This document shows, piece after piece, positions 62,818 through 64,000 of a stretch of 64,000 nt of DNA. This DNA comes from Bryobacterales bacterium (GTDB lineage: Bacteria > Acidobacteriota > Terriglobia > Bryobacterales > UBA6623): positions 471,390 through 535,389 of the forward strand of contig CBDCTD010000001.1 in assembly GCA_965222095.1 (NCBI GenBank), given 5' to 3'. The position numbers were made by a program, and so were the translations under genes. How positions within the stretch are numbered: position 1 is the first letter of the stretch; each line of letters starts with the position of its first letter. The notes below the pieces were generated by a model. That model ran no database searches and was not told the origin of the DNA. It worked only from the letters and a program-made list of their open reading frames with translations.

Positions 62818-63243
62818 ATGGCTTCACGACGTCTTGTACCGCCATCGGTGCGCGAAGCGCTACTCGGGATTCCCTCCGCCATCGCTTCGCTGGAGCGCAA
62901 CTATCTTCTGGCCGCTGATGATCTTGGTTTGATCGGTACGCGCCGGCGCCCGGAGAACCGCCTCGGGCTGGCGCTCCACATCGCACTGCTGCGCCATCCG
63001 GGCCAAGGCTGGCACGACGACACCGAACCGCCCGCTCCCCTGGTCGCCTGGCTGGCCGAGCAGATCGAGGTGCCCTTTGCATCTCTGGCCCGCTACGGCT
63101 CCAGGGAGGCAACGCGCTCCAACCACAGGCGGCTGGCCGTCCGGCATCTCGGCCTGCGTGCGTTCGTGCCTGCGCACGACATGCGAACAGCGATGGACCT
63201 GGCTGCCCGGGCGGCGTTCGACACCGACGACAGTCATTGCTAA
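62818..63243 (+). pseudogene. tnpA: Tn3-family transposase, N-terminal about 140 codons only
   Basis: ...ERNYLLAADDLGLIGTRRRPENRLGLALHIALLRHPGQGW...ARYGSREATRSNHRRLAVRHLGL matches the DUF4158 N-terminus. Compare NRLGLALQLCALRYLGF in the intact tnpA. A stop follows DTDDSHC and no continuation is visible in any frame. Confidence 0.75.
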
Positions 63244-63395
63244 CCAGCGCTGTAGCTGCAGTATGCGAAGATTTGACATAAATAGCGGGGCCTTTCTTGT
63301 CCATCGTCATCAGCCGCTCGCGTCCACTACGCGGGCGGGCAGCTCCAAACCGCTTCCTCTTCTACTATCCAGCGTGCACTTCCGGTACTGGCTCC

Positions 63396-63734
63396 TCAAC
63401 TCAACTTCACCAAGACATCGAGCGTCGTGCCAAACGCGTCGGCGATCCGGGACAGCGACGCAGTAGAGCCGGGTTTGATGCCGCGCTCGATCTCGGAAAG
63501 ATAGCTCGCGGCGATTCCCGTCCTGACAGCAAGATCACGCAGCGTGACGCCGAGGTGGTTCCGGAACGCGACAAAGGGGCTCTCGCCACGCATAATGGCA
63601 AGAGCCACCTCATGCGGGATGCGGCTACCATCATCCGCATCGACGGCAGCCAGTCGATCTTCAAGCTCTTCCTTGCGGGTGATCAGAGCATCGTACTCCG
63701 TCCGCGGTAGCGTAACGGTTTCGGTCTTAGTCAT
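63396..63734 (-). CDS. XRE-family HTH antitoxin
   Basis: C-terminal HTH (LGVTLRDLAVRTGIAASYLSEIERGIKPGS). It overlaps the upstream toxin gene by 8 nt. Confidence 0.7.
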   Translation of the reverse strand: MTKTETVTLPRTEYDALITRKEELEDRLAAVDADDGSRIPHEVALAIMRGESPFVAFRNHLGVTLRDLAVRTGIAASYLSEIERGIKPGSTASLSRIADAFGTTLDVLVKLS

Positions 63735-63984
63735 AGGCTTCCCTCCGGTGCCGAACTCTCAGCACAACCATAACCGCGATCTTGTCGCTTTCAACAGTGA
63801 AGATGACACGATAGTTTCCAACCCTCATCCTCCGGTGCGCGCTACCAGTCAGCATGCTCACTTGATTGGCAAGCGATGCTGGGTGTGCGGCGTACCGTTC
63901 GATCTTGGCGACGACCCGCTCGCGGTCCCGTGTAGGGAGGCGTCGCATATCCTTTACCGCCTTGGTCGTCCACGCGATTCGCAT
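63727..63984 (-). CDS. RelE/ParE-superfamily toxin (toxin-first, HigB-like order)
   Basis: The 85-aa MRIAWTTKAVKDMRRLPTRDRERVVAKIERYA...RRMRVGNYRVIFTVESDKIAVMVVLRVRHRREAY fits the typical RelE/ParE pattern. Confidence 0.7.
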   Translation of the reverse strand: MRIAWTTKAVKDMRRLPTRDRERVVAKIERYAAHPASLANQVSMLTGSAHRRMRVGNYRVIFTVESDKIAVMVVLRVRHRREAYD

Positions 63985-64000
63985 GCTCGCTTCAACTAGA

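Noticed and set aside
1-64000. CRISPR arrays, rRNA genes and retron/DGR-type reverse transcriptase systems.
   Set aside because: No regularly spaced direct repeats with unique spacers, no rRNA-like conserved blocks and no RT-motif ORFs were seen in any frame.

Overview
This is a high-GC (judged by eye, not computed) 64-kb segment. Its gene content suggests an Acidobacteriota-like chromosome (inference): two very large TonB-dependent receptors, a VWFA-type secreted protein of the acidobacterial kind, duplicated GMC oxidoreductase/Tat-subunit genes and a PEGA-repeat protein.

Bases 1-38.4 kb and 42.7-47.2 kb look like chromosomal backbone. They carry a TonB receptor, an orphan ABC ATPase, an aquaporin, truA, a TolC-like protein, a duplicated GMC oxidoreductase plus FAH-family cluster, accB-accC, an M24 peptidase, pilM with a PilN-like/AMIN gene, a sensor kinase split into two ORFs with an NtrC-type regulator, pepA, and several large orphan secreted or membrane proteins. 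An IS630-family element (TA/CTAG target) lies at 22515-23636. A complete minimal Tn3-family transposon (tnpA, tnpR, 38-bp IRs, no target duplication) lies at 38904-42708.

From about 47.2 kb to the window end the sequence becomes a mosaic, plasmid-like accessory island. It contains:
- a nuclease gene remnant
- two small orphan genes, each behind a paralogous hairpin leader
- a ParE-type TA pair and parA with an RHH partner
- a decayed AbrB-type antitoxin and an orphan HepT
- a sulfatase fragment and methyltransferase genes and fragments
- two related IS4-family elements (one intact, one frameshifted and nested in an IS3-type transposase gene), an IS1380-family element and IS630 fragments
- a lower-GC membrane sulfatase-like gene
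- a second, truncated Tn3-family element with a RelE/XRE TA pair

The best candidates for follow-up are non-coding:
- two leader hairpins whose stems covary
- a family of about 100-120 bp palindromic intergenic elements, with at least 5 full copies and one degenerate copy
- a conserved about 20-37 nt motif upstream of three genes for exported proteins

No rRNA, tRNA or CRISPR array could be supported. No complete, recognisable defence system was found. Several frameshifts sit in short homopolymer runs, so sequencing indels are a real alternative to pseudogenisation.
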